Below are positions 16,386 to 25,019 of a stretch of DNA of 44,287 nt, in pieces; position 1 is the stretch's first letter; every line of letters begins with the position of its first letter. The notes below the pieces were generated by a model. That model had not been told where the DNA came from and did no database searches. It worked only from the letters and a program-made list of their open reading frames with translations. The translations under genes were made by a program, and so were the position numbers. The stretch is from an uncultured bacterium (lineage in GTDB: Bacteria; Patescibacteriota; Minisyncoccia; Moranbacterales; UBA2206). The stretch is taken from NCBI GenBank assembly GCA_903842445.1, contig CAIMLT010000077.1, positions 1-44,287 of the forward strand, in the 5' to 3' direction.

Positions 16386-18119
16386 ATGTCTAAAAATGGC
16401 CTAAGAAGTAGGATGGTTTTTTTTCTGTTTTTTTTGTTTGTTTTTATGTTCGTTCCTTTGGCAAGTCGGGCGCTGGTTACGGATACCGTGGGAATTTTGC
16501 CAGCGTATCCGGATAATAATGTGAAAGCGTCTGCTTCTTGGTTTATTTATAATCTAAAGGCAGGAGAAGAAAAACTGGATGCGGTGATGCTGATAAATAA
16601 TAAAGATGAAACGGTAGTGCTGAAAATATATGCCGTGGATGCAATGTCAACGGTGGATGGAGGATTTGCTCTTGCTTCAGAAACTGATCCGAACAGTGGA
16701 GTTGGCACTTGGGTGAAATTGGCTGCCAATGAAATTGAGTTACCGCCCAAAACAGAGAAACTCATTCCCTTCACCTTCACTGTTCCTAAAAATGCCGATA
16801 CCGGAGATCATGCCGGTGGAATTGTAATTCAGGAGATAGAAATGGTGGATACTGGTGGCACAATGACAGGAGTAAGAATAATCAGTCGAGTTGGCGTGAG
16901 GATTTATGAAACTGTGCCAGGAGAAGTGAAGAAAGGTTTTGAAATCACCAGGTTTGATTGGCGGTTGGAGTCAAATGGAGTAGCTAGCTTCATTAAAGAT
17001 CTTTTGGATGTTAATAAAAAAACCATCTTTACTGTTGGAATAAAAAATAAGGGCAATGTGAGAATCACGCCAACGGCAATGGTTGAGGTGAGAAATATGT
17101 TGGGAATAAAAACTGCACAGCTCGACAACAAAAGTCTTGGAGTCGTTTTTCCACTAACCGAAAACAGTGACGGAATGATCTCTTGGGAGAAGGCGCCCAT
17201 GTTCGGTCGCTATAAAATAAAAGCAACTGTTAAATTTGAAGAAGATGGTCTTGGTGAGGACTCGAAAGAAATTGCCATTTGGGTTTTCCCTTATCGAATG
17301 ATATTTTTGACAATAATCTTTGTGGTTTTGTTTACGCTCGTGAGATTGATCGGTCTTTATTTTCGTGAAGCTGGAAAAGAAAAGATGCCAATTTATCAAG
17401 TTAAGCTTGGGGATAATCTAGCTGATCTCGGTCGTAAATTTATGGCACCGTGGAGAATGATTGCCAAGCTAAATTTTATTGGAGAACCTTTTGACATTAA
17501 AGAGGGCGAAAAACTATTTATTCCAATAAGTAAGCGCAATAAAGATTTGCTTAGGCGTTTCAAGGAGCAGGGTGAGCTTTTGCCTTCAATCATTGAACGT
17601 TCAAAAGAGTCGCGATTTAAGAAGAAAAAAACTATTATAATTATCATTTTCGCCATTTTGATTATCGCGGGTGCTATTTGGGGAATAAAAATGAGAAGAG
17701 ACAAGATGATTCACGAGGAAATTTCTGTGCCAATAAATGAAGAGAAACCACCGATGGAAACAACTGAAAGAACCAAAGCCGGTGCTTTCAAGAAATCCAA
17801 TGTAGATGTGGCCATCCTTACTCCGGGAAGTGTTGATAAAATTTCGAGCGATCAGTTGTTCAAGAAATTAAAATTGATAGGATATCGGATTAAGTTGGGT
17901 GGCGTTGCCCCAGAAAATAATTATGCCGTTACAACTGTTGAATATAAAATAAACAAGCAAGAACAGGCAGAAATGGTTAGAAATGATCTCGGACTTAAGA
18001 ATGTCAATATGCAAGAGGTTGCTAATCTGGAAAACGATGTCGTGATCTATAATTTTGATCCTGCTAGCTCGTATTTTGATTTAGTGCATGCCGCTTCGGT
18101 CCTGCAAAATGTTGAATAG
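16386..18119 (+). CDS. DUF916 (WxL-interacting)-like protein fused to LysM and LytR_C-like domains
   Basis: Signal peptide; WFIYNL..G....D...INN, YAVDA....GGF, IPFTFTVP.NA..GDHAGGI, RVGVRIY and N.GNV motifs; TM; LysM YQVKLGDNL...N.I....IKEGEKLFIP; TM; LytR_C-like C-terminus. Confidence 0.75.
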   Translation: MSKNGLRSRMVFFLFFLFVFMFVPLASRALVTDTVGILPAYPDNNVKASASWFIYNLKAGEEKLDAVMLINNKDETVVLKIYAVDAMSTVDGGFALASETDPNSGVGTWVKLAANEIELPPKTEKLIPFTFTVPKNADTGDHAGGIVIQEIEMVDTGGTMTGVRIISRVGVRIYETVPGEVKKGFEITRFDWRLESNGVASFIKDLLDVNKKTIFTVGIKNKGNVRITPTAMVEVRNMLGIKTAQLDNKSLGVVFPLTENSDGMISWEKAPMFGRYKIKATVKFEEDGLGEDSKEIAIWVFPYRMIFLTIIFVVLFTLVRLIGLYFREAGKEKMPIYQVKLGDNLADLGRKFMAPWRMIAKLNFIGEPFDIKEGEKLFIPISKRNKDLLRRFKEQGELLPSIIERSKESRFKKKKTIIIIIFAILIIAGAIWGIKMRRDKMIHEEISVPINEEKPPMETTERTKAGAFKKSNVDVAILTPGSVDKISSDQLFKKLKLIGYRIKLGGVAPENNYAVTTVEYKINKQEQAEMVRNDLGLKNVNMQEVANLENDVVIYNFDPASSYFDLVHAASVLQNVE

Positions 18120-18163
18120 AGCTTAAAATAATTAAAGAGTGATTCTATCGGTCTTGTTTATTT

Positions 18164-19198
18164 ATGCAAAATTGGCAAAAGTATTTTTCGAAAACTAAAG
18201 TATTTATCCATATTCATCACGGATGGCTTATCTTGTTTTTGGTTGGGCTGATATTTATTTTTGGATATCGACAGGGAATGAGATTTGAGAAAGAAAGAGG
18301 ATTCAACGAGGAGCGTCAAATATCCCAAATGAGGCAGAATGGCAATAGCTTCAAATTTATCAATCCACTTTTGGAGTGTGAAAGTTTCAGCGAAGGGAAT
18401 TTCATTCGGTCCAAAGAATTGGAGTCGAGTATGCAAAAAATGATAGCTTCAGTTAGTCGCGATCCTGATGTTGAGCATCTTTCGATCTATTTTCGTGATC
18501 TTAACAATGGTCCCTGGATGGGGTTTAATGAAAGTGAAAAATTTTCACCAGCGAGTCTTCTTAAGGTTCCAATTATGATGGCTTATTTGAAAAAAGCTGA
18601 AAATGATCTTGCATTTTTGAAAAAAGAAATTATTTATAAAGAAGACTATCAAGAGAAGAAGTTCATTGGGAATGTCGAATCCGGAGTTAGGTTGATTGAG
18701 AATGAAAAATATTCTATCGAAGAATTGCTAAAAGATATGATTGTTTATTCTGATAACGATTCTGCCAGGATACTTCTGGAGAATATTGATCAAAGTTTTT
18801 TGGAAAAAATATATACTGATCTAACGCTACCTATCCCGGGAAAATCCAAAGAAGTTGAGAACTTCATGACAGTCAAGGAATATGCTTCTTTTTTTCGTAT
18901 TTTGTATAATGCTTCATACCTTAACAGGGAGATGTCTGAAAAGGCGCTGGAGATTCTTTCTTGGTCTGATTTTAAAGACGGCTTATTAGCTGGTGTGCCA
19001 AATGACATTAAGGTGGCGCATAAATTTGGAGAAAGAAGCCTTGATAACACAGTTCAATTGCATGATTGTGGAATAATATACAACAAAGAAAAACCATATC
19101 TGCTTTGCGTGATGACGCGAGGAAAAAAATTTGAAAAGCTGAAATGGGTAATTAGAATAGTATCAGAAAAAGTTTGGGAGGAAACTCAAAAACAATAA
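18164..19198 (+). CDS. Membrane-anchored class A beta-lactamase-fold serine hydrolase
   Basis: PASLLK (SxxK), YSDN (SDN), HKFG (KTG-like), HDCGI; N-terminal TM. Confidence 0.8.
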   Translation: MQNWQKYFSKTKVFIHIHHGWLILFLVGLIFIFGYRQGMRFEKERGFNEERQISQMRQNGNSFKFINPLLECESFSEGNFIRSKELESSMQKMIASVSRDPDVEHLSIYFRDLNNGPWMGFNESEKFSPASLLKVPIMMAYLKKAENDLAFLKKEIIYKEDYQEKKFIGNVESGVRLIENEKYSIEELLKDMIVYSDNDSARILLENIDQSFLEKIYTDLTLPIPGKSKEVENFMTVKEYASFFRILYNASYLNREMSEKALEILSWSDFKDGLLAGVPNDIKVAHKFGERSLDNTVQLHDCGIIYNKEKPYLLCVMTRGKKFEKLKWVIRIVSEKVWEETQKQ

Positions 19199-19202
19199 AT
19201 TG

Positions 19203-19640
19203 ATGGAAGGAAATAATCTAAAATTAATTTCACTCAAGGATGCTAGCAAGCTCACGCCATATAGCGCAGACTATTTGAGTCTTTTGGTGCGCAAAGGTAA
19301 ATTGGAAGGATATAAACGAGAAGGGAAGTGGTTTACGACTGATAGTGCCGTGAAAAGTTATCTTCAAAAGACAGCTGAGTCCAGCTATGAACATCAGCAA
19401 AATTTGAATGTTAAGGTGCCGGCGGATGAAATCAGAAAAGCTAAGATCAACTATCGTTGGGCAACCGTTTTGCTTTTGGTTGTGCTTTTTTCAGGTATTT
19501 TAATTTGGAAAATATTAGATGATAAGAATACGGAAAACATTCGAAATAAATATCGAATTTCTGAAGATAAAGATGGAAATATGACAATTTTTGTGCCTAA
19601 TCCGGCGCTTATTAAATCGGTTAATGTGATGCAGAAATAG
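19203..19640 (+). CDS. Excisionase-like HTH domain protein with single TM
   Basis: ISLKDASKLTPYSADYLSLLVRKGKL...K..GKWFTT; TM WATVLLLVVLFSGILIW. Confidence 0.7.
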   Translation: MEGNNLKLISLKDASKLTPYSADYLSLLVRKGKLEGYKREGKWFTTDSAVKSYLQKTAESSYEHQQNLNVKVPADEIRKAKINYRWATVLLLVVLFSGILIWKILDDKNTENIRNKYRISEDKDGNMTIFVPNPALIKSVNVMQK

Positions 19641-19649
19641 GGGGAAAAG

Positions 19650-19658
19650 TTATCCACA
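19650..19658 (+). promoter_or_regulatory. Perfect DnaA box
   Basis: TTATCCACA, intergenic. Confidence 0.6.
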
Positions 19659-19686
19659 GCTGATTTTTTGACAACTCTTCCTTGGG

Positions 19687-19707
19687 TTGTTTTTTTGTGG
19701 TATAATT
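19687..19707 (+). promoter_or_regulatory. Extended -10 promoter of the fibre gene
   Basis: TGG-TATAAT at 19698-19706; 21-mer nearly identical to 34153-34173. Confidence 0.6.
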
Positions 19708-19799
19708 ATGGTATCGATAGGCTATCCGATACAGTATCGAGTAGGCTTAAATAAAGCAAAAAAATAGCAAACATCGCAGAACATAAAAACAGACGGAAA

Positions 19800-22700
19800 A
19801 TGAAGAAGGATCTGCTAAAAAAAATCAAAAATTTTTCAGCATTTTTGGGAGGAATGCTTATTTTGATTTTTCTGTTTTGTTATTCTTCAAAAGCCGAAGC
19901 GGCTATTACTAAAGAAATCAATTATCAAGGACGTTTGACGAATCTTTCGGATGTTAATGTATCTGATGCGAGCTATAATATGGTTTTTCGGATTTATGAT
20001 GCGGCTTCGGGCGGAACTTGTCTTTGGTCGGCAAGGGGCAATTGTGGAGCGCCAACGGCACGCGCTGTAACAACAAGTGGGGGAATTTTTTCTATTGGCC
20101 TTGGTGATACTGCTGCAGGAGACAATGCAATTAGTTTAGAATGGGATGCTACATATTATTTGAGTGTTCAAGTTGGAACGGATAGCGAGATGTCGTCAAG
20201 AAAGAAAATAAGTGCTTCAGGATATGCTTTTAATGCTAATAATTTAATTGGAGACGGTCGAGTTAGTCTTTCAAATACTTCAAATGCGGTTGCGACCCTG
20301 GCTCTTACTAATAACACTGCCACTACAATTGGAAATGGTGCTAACACTCTAGGTGTTCTCGATTTGCAATCGACATCCCTTACGACCGGAAATTTTTTAA
20401 ACATGGAATTAAATGCTCTGACAAGTGGCAAGGGTTTGAATCTTTCTTCCACTTCTGTTGGATTAATCGGAGATCTTGCCAACATTACTGCTTCTGGCAA
20501 TAACGCCGGAGTTACAGGAAATGTCCTCAAAGTTGGCCTAACAGGCGCTTCGGCTGTTGGCACAGCTCTTAATGTTACTTCAGCCGGATCCGGTGGATAT
20601 GCGCTGAGAGTGAATGATGACGGAACCTATACGGATACATCTCCTTTCGTAGTTGATTATGCCGGTAATGTTGGGATTGGGACGACGAGTCCGTCGGCAA
20701 AGTTGGCTGTTTTGGGTGGTGAAATAGTGTTACGTGAGGATGACAACGAGAATAATGCTATTAGCTTATTATCTGATGATAATAATGGATGGATGGAATT
20801 GTATTATGCTGGAGTCAGCAAGATTCGTCTGTCAGCTTCAGATATTTATGCTACTTATTTCACTGCCGGCAATGTCGGCATCGGCACGACTGCTCCGACA
20901 GCAACACTTACGATTAAATCTGCCAATACACTTTCAGGTGATTATGCCTTTGAAGCTGGCAATATTGGAGTTGGCAACAACGGAATAATTTTTGAAGCGG
21001 CAACAGCTGATGCCTATGAAGGGTATCTAACTTTAGCTGATCAAACAACAGCTGATCACACCTGGACATTGCCAAATGTTACCGGTGCGATTATCACAAC
21101 TGGAGATACTGGCACAGTTACAGGTACAATGGTTGGAGCTAATGCGCTTGACTTCATCGACTTCGAAGACACGCTCGATCTTGATGCTAATTTAACCTTA
21201 AATCAAATCGCCTACACTTGGACGCAAAGTTTTACCGGAACGACAACAACAGGTCTGACATACAACGCCAGTGCTCTAACCTCAGGCTACGCTCAAAACA
21301 TCAATGTTAATGGAGCCGCCGTCCTCACCACCGGAGGAGCTATTAACATTGTCGGACCAACAGGAACGGCCGCCCAAGCTGCCGGATCTCTTCTCAAAAT
21401 AACTACCGCCGGAGCTGTAACCGGCACCGCCGGAAGTGGTAACTCTTTGCAAATTTCCAGTGGAACTCTGACCGGCACAATAGCTTCCATCTCTGATGCT
21501 GGAGTCATGACCACCACCGGAAATCTTTTGACGATGACGGCGAATGCCGCCACAACCCCGACCGGACTGCTCACCATAAATGCCAATGGTTTGACAACCG
21601 GCACAGCCGCTTATCTTTCTTCTACTTCAACCGCCTTCACCACCGGCGGACTACTCAATATATCTGCTACCGGAGCTCCAGCGGCCTCTTGGACCGGCGA
21701 TCTAGCTAAAATTGAATATAATAGCGCCGATGTGGATGTGGATGGAGCGGCTCTTAAGGTGGGAATTATTGGTGCCGCTGCCGGAGATGGAACAGCGCTT
21801 AACATTACAACCGGTCAAACTGGAACATATGCTTATGCCCTGAGAGTGAATGATGACGGAACCTATACGGATACATCTCCTTTCGTAGTTGATTATGCCG
21901 GTAATGTTGGGATTGGGACGACGAGTCCGGCAAAAGCTTTACATGTGAAGATTAGCACAGACGGCGCTCCGGTTAGATTTGAAGATTCAAGCGGTTATTG
22001 CGAAATGAATCCAATCACTACAACTTGGACTTGCACTTCTGATGCAAGACTGAAAAAAGATATTCAATCTTTGTCAAGCTTTGATAATCTTACCCGGATA
22101 AATCAAATACGCCCAGTCTCTTTCAAATGGAGGAAGCAATCTGATGACACGATTCGTTTTGGTCTTATCGCTCAAGAAGTTGAACAGGTTTTTCCTGAAT
22201 TTGTCAGCACAGATGAAAATGGGTTAAAGGTTGTAATGTATGGCGCTTTTACAGTAACTTTAATTTCTGCCATGCAGGCTCAACAAAATCAAATAGATAG
22301 CATATCTGCCATGGCTGATGACTTTTCCGGTTCGCTTGATGTGCAAAACAAAGAAATGCAGCAACTTTCAGAGGCGCTTTCTTCGCTCACTATCGATTCT
22401 CAAAATAAAGAAGTTGCCATTCAACAAAAAATTAGTTCTCTGCGGGATAATTTAAATTTTGGCGGTTCACAGATTAATAGCTTAGGCGCTAAAATGAACT
22501 TAGTTGATGAGCGTTTGTCGCAGAATATCCAAGAAAAAACAGAAGTTTCTTTTTATAAATTCGCAGAGGTAAGCGATCAGCTCTTTTCAACTATTTCTAA
22601 TCAAGTTGTTGAGGATAGTCAATTTTCCGGAGCATATGACAATCCGGAAAATTTTCAAGAAGTGCGAGTTAATCTTTCAGGCGCTAATCAAATTGATCTT

Positions 22701-23579
22701 TCTGAAAAAGAAATCAAAGAAAGCTACCTTGTTTATGATGTTTTCATTGAGGATCCAAGTGCCTTTTTGGATTTCAACACTGAGCTTGGCAATCAAGTTG
22801 ATCAGAGAGAGTTGCAATGGAACAGTTCGGCGCATCCGTTTTTTCTTCCTGGTTGGAATCAAGTTAAGTTATCCTTGAATTCTGGCATCAAGACCGGTTC
22901 AATTGATTGGCAAAATCTAAACTATTTCCGCGCCTACTTCAAATTCAAAACTAATAATAATTTGAAGTTTAAAGATATTCACATTGAAACCAAGGCAGTT
23001 TATCGGCCATTGGCACAGATTGTTGATGCGAAGGAGTTGGATCTGTGGAATAATGCGGATCAAGGCACGGCCATCAAAGATATCTTTGTTAAGCTGGAAA
23101 TTCAAAAAGAAACCAACTTTCAAGTGACGAAGTTGAGTCAAGAGTTAGTTGCGATGCAAGATCAACTGAGTCTTTTACAAGAACAAACTAAGGCCGTGAT
23201 TGATTTTTCACTGGCAATGAATTTAGACAAGGTTGTTTATAGAGATGCCAGTGGCAGTGTTCTTGGGCTTAGCGTTATTCAGGCTGAAGAAGTTGAGGCA
23301 AAAAAAGTTAAGGCCGAAGACTATGTTGTCAGTGAAAATTCAGATCCGCTCAAGAATAATGTTGGATCGGTGATAGTTCGTATCGGTGAACAAGAAGTGT
23401 TGATTAAGAATGCCGGAGTAACCATCGATTCCAAAATCATTGTAACTCCAGTCGGATCAAGCCCGGTTTTCTGGGTAATCTCTGAAAAGATGAATGGAAT
23501 TGGCTTTAAAATTAAGCTTGATAAGCCGGCTGAGTTCGATATCGCTTTCGACTATTGGGTAATTGGGGTTGAAAAATAG
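19800..23579 (+). CDS. Secreted tail-fibre-like adhesin with internal peptidase S74 intramolecular chaperone
   Basis: Signal peptide (AEA); INYQGRL...FRIYDA...GIFSIGLG N-domain; three GNVGIGTT repeats; Thr/Gly/Ala-rich beta region; SDARLKKDI...RPVSFKW...GLIAQEVEQVFPE; coiled coil and ~430 further aa. Confidence 0.85.
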   Translation: MKKDLLKKIKNFSAFLGGMLILIFLFCYSSKAEAAITKEINYQGRLTNLSDVNVSDASYNMVFRIYDAASGGTCLWSARGNCGAPTARAVTTSGGIFSIGLGDTAAGDNAISLEWDATYYLSVQVGTDSEMSSRKKISASGYAFNANNLIGDGRVSLSNTSNAVATLALTNNTATTIGNGANTLGVLDLQSTSLTTGNFLNMELNALTSGKGLNLSSTSVGLIGDLANITASGNNAGVTGNVLKVGLTGASAVGTALNVTSAGSGGYALRVNDDGTYTDTSPFVVDYAGNVGIGTTSPSAKLAVLGGEIVLREDDNENNAISLLSDDNNGWMELYYAGVSKIRLSASDIYATYFTAGNVGIGTTAPTATLTIKSANTLSGDYAFEAGNIGVGNNGIIFEAATADAYEGYLTLADQTTADHTWTLPNVTGAIITTGDTGTVTGTMVGANALDFIDFEDTLDLDANLTLNQIAYTWTQSFTGTTTTGLTYNASALTSGYAQNINVNGAAVLTTGGAINIVGPTGTAAQAAGSLLKITTAGAVTGTAGSGNSLQISSGTLTGTIASISDAGVMTTTGNLLTMTANAATTPTGLLTINANGLTTGTAAYLSSTSTAFTTGGLLNISATGAPAASWTGDLAKIEYNSADVDVDGAALKVGIIGAAAGDGTALNITTGQTGTYAYALRVNDDGTYTDTSPFVVDYAGNVGIGTTSPAKALHVKISTDGAPVRFEDSSGYCEMNPITTTWTCTSDARLKKDIQSLSSFDNLTRINQIRPVSFKWRKQSDDTIRFGLIAQEVEQVFPEFVSTDENGLKVVMYGAFTVTLISAMQAQQNQIDSISAMADDFSGSLDVQNKEMQQLSEALSSLTIDSQNKEVAIQQKISSLRDNLNFGGSQINSLGAKMNLVDERLSQNIQEKTEVSFYKFAEVSDQLFSTISNQVVEDSQFSGAYDNPENFQEVRVNLSGANQIDLSEKEIKESYLVYDVFIEDPSAFLDFNTELGNQVDQRELQWNSSAHPFFLPGWNQVKLSLNSGIKTGSIDWQNLNYFRAYFKFKTNNNLKFKDIHIETKAVYRPLAQIVDAKELDLWNNADQGTAIKDIFVKLEIQKETNFQVTKLSQELVAMQDQLSLLQEQTKAVIDFSLAMNLDKVVYRDASGSVLGLSVIQAEEVEAKKVKAEDYVVSENSDPLKNNVGSVIVRIGEQEVLIKNAGVTIDSKIIVTPVGSSPVFWVISEKMNGIGFKIKLDKPAEFDIAFDYWVIGVEK
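20604..20693 (+). repeat. Exact 90-bp direct repeat, copy 1
   Basis: CTGAGAGTGAATGATGAC...GGGACGACGAGTCCG identical to 21840-21929. Confidence 0.95.
21840..21929 (+). repeat. Exact 90-bp direct repeat, copy 2
   Basis: Identical to 20604-20693; offset 1236 bp, in frame. Confidence 0.95.
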
Positions 23580-23595
23580 CTTGCATTATTTCTGC

Positions 23596-23624
23596 AAAGA
23601 CACATAACGCAATGTGTCTTTTTT
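23596..23624 (+). terminator. Intrinsic terminator after the fibre gene
   Basis: AAAGACACAT-aacgca-ATGTGTCTTT followed by TTT. Confidence 0.75.
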
Positions 23625-23703
23625 GCTTCGAGGTTGCCTTAAGGGTTGGCTTGATATATAGTTAATATTAAGATAAAGGGTGAAAATATTTAAACTTAAA
23701 AAT

Positions 23704-24960
23704 ATGGAAACATTTGAAATTATTGGTGGAAAAAAGCTTAAAGGAGAAATTGAAGTACGTGGTTCTAAGAATGCGACAACGCCAATTTTGGCGGCAACAC
23801 TTTTGACGGAAAAAGAGTGTATTATTTCCAATATTCCATTGATTGAAGATGTTTATCGAATGTTAGAAATTTTATCCAGCATGGGATCGGAAATCCGTTG
23901 GTTGGGAAAAAGAAAAGTTAGTGTTAAAAACGAAAAGATTGATCCGGATAAGATAGACCTGGAAACGGTGAAAAAATTGCGCTCATCCGTTTTACTTCTG
24001 GGATCTTTGAGCGCTCGCTTTGATAAGTTTAAATTTTATCGACCTGGCGGTTGCGTGATCGGTGCGCGTCCGCTTGGCACGCATTTTGAAGCATTGCGTA
24101 AAATGGGTGTGGATATTTTGCAAAATGATCGAGACTATATTATTAATGCACAAAAAAGAAAAGCGACAAAGTTAACATTAGGAGAAATGTCTGTAACGGC
24201 TACGGAAAATGCTATGATGTTGGCTGCCGCAATGCCGGGAAAAACTATCATTAAGGCTTGTGCTTGCGAACCGCACGTGGAAGATTTGGGAAAGTTTTTA
24301 ATTGCGCTTGGTGCAAAAATAAAGGGACTTGGAACGCATAGTTTGGAAATTAGCGGAGTAAAAAAAATGCATAAAGCAACACATGTTGTTATTCCTGATG
24401 CCAATGAAGCAGCTACCTTACTTATTTTGGGTGTGATAAGTGGAAGTTCAATTAAGGTGCGAAATGCCAGGGAAGATCATCTTGATTTGGTTTTGGAAAA
24501 GTTGCGCGAGTTTGGCGCGGATTTTAAGATTGGAAAAAATATGATTGAAGTTATTCCAGCTAAAAAATTGCAAGCAATTTCCAAGGTGGATACGCGAACA
24601 TATCCTGGTGTGCCATCGGATGTTCAAGCACCTTTCGGAGTGCTTGCGACACAAGCTGAAGGTGAAACGCTAATTCATGATTCGCTGTATGAAAGTCGCT
24701 TTAATTATATTGGCGAGTTGAAAAAAATGGGAGCTAAGGCGAAGATTGTTGATTCGCATCGTGTTTTAGTCAGTGGCCCGACTAAGCTAAAAGGTAAAAT
24801 CATTACTAGTTTTGATTTGCGTGCCGGAGTGTCATTGATTATGGCTGCTCTAATTGCTGAAGGTAAAACAATTATCAAGGAAATTTATCAAGTTGATCGT
24901 GGTTATGAAAGAATTGAAGAGCGTTTGCAAAAGCTGGGGGCGGAAATAAGAAGGGTGTAA
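23704..24960 (+). CDS. murA: UDP-N-acetylglucosamine 1-carboxyvinyltransferase
   Basis: GSKNA, LRSS, PGGCVIGARP (catalytic Cys), SVTATEN, EPHV, YPG.PSD.Q, DLRAG, DRGYE; ATG 23704 preferred over GTG 23680. Confidence 0.95.
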   Translation: METFEIIGGKKLKGEIEVRGSKNATTPILAATLLTEKECIISNIPLIEDVYRMLEILSSMGSEIRWLGKRKVSVKNEKIDPDKIDLETVKKLRSSVLLLGSLSARFDKFKFYRPGGCVIGARPLGTHFEALRKMGVDILQNDRDYIINAQKRKATKLTLGEMSVTATENAMMLAAAMPGKTIIKACACEPHVEDLGKFLIALGAKIKGLGTHSLEISGVKKMHKATHVVIPDANEAATLLILGVISGSSIKVRNAREDHLDLVLEKLREFGADFKIGKNMIEVIPAKKLQAISKVDTRTYPGVPSDVQAPFGVLATQAEGETLIHDSLYESRFNYIGELKKMGAKAKIVDSHRVLVSGPTKLKGKIITSFDLRAGVSLIMAALIAEGKTIIKEIYQVDRGYERIEERLQKLGAEIRRV

Positions 24961-25019
24961 TATTGAAAAAAATAATAAATTAGAGAGAAGCCAATGTTTA
25001 ATTATTTTACTAAAAACCT

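Noticed and set aside
18164-19198. Bona fide beta-lactam resistance gene
   Set aside because: Deacylation loop motif not evident, and the membrane anchor and context favour a wall peptidase
19650-19658. oriC at either DnaA box
   Set aside because: Single isolated boxes; no box cluster and no dnaA/dnaN adjacent
19800-23579. Prophage
   Set aside because: The fibre has a Sec signal peptide and its own promoter and terminator; no capsid, terminase, portal or integrase nearby
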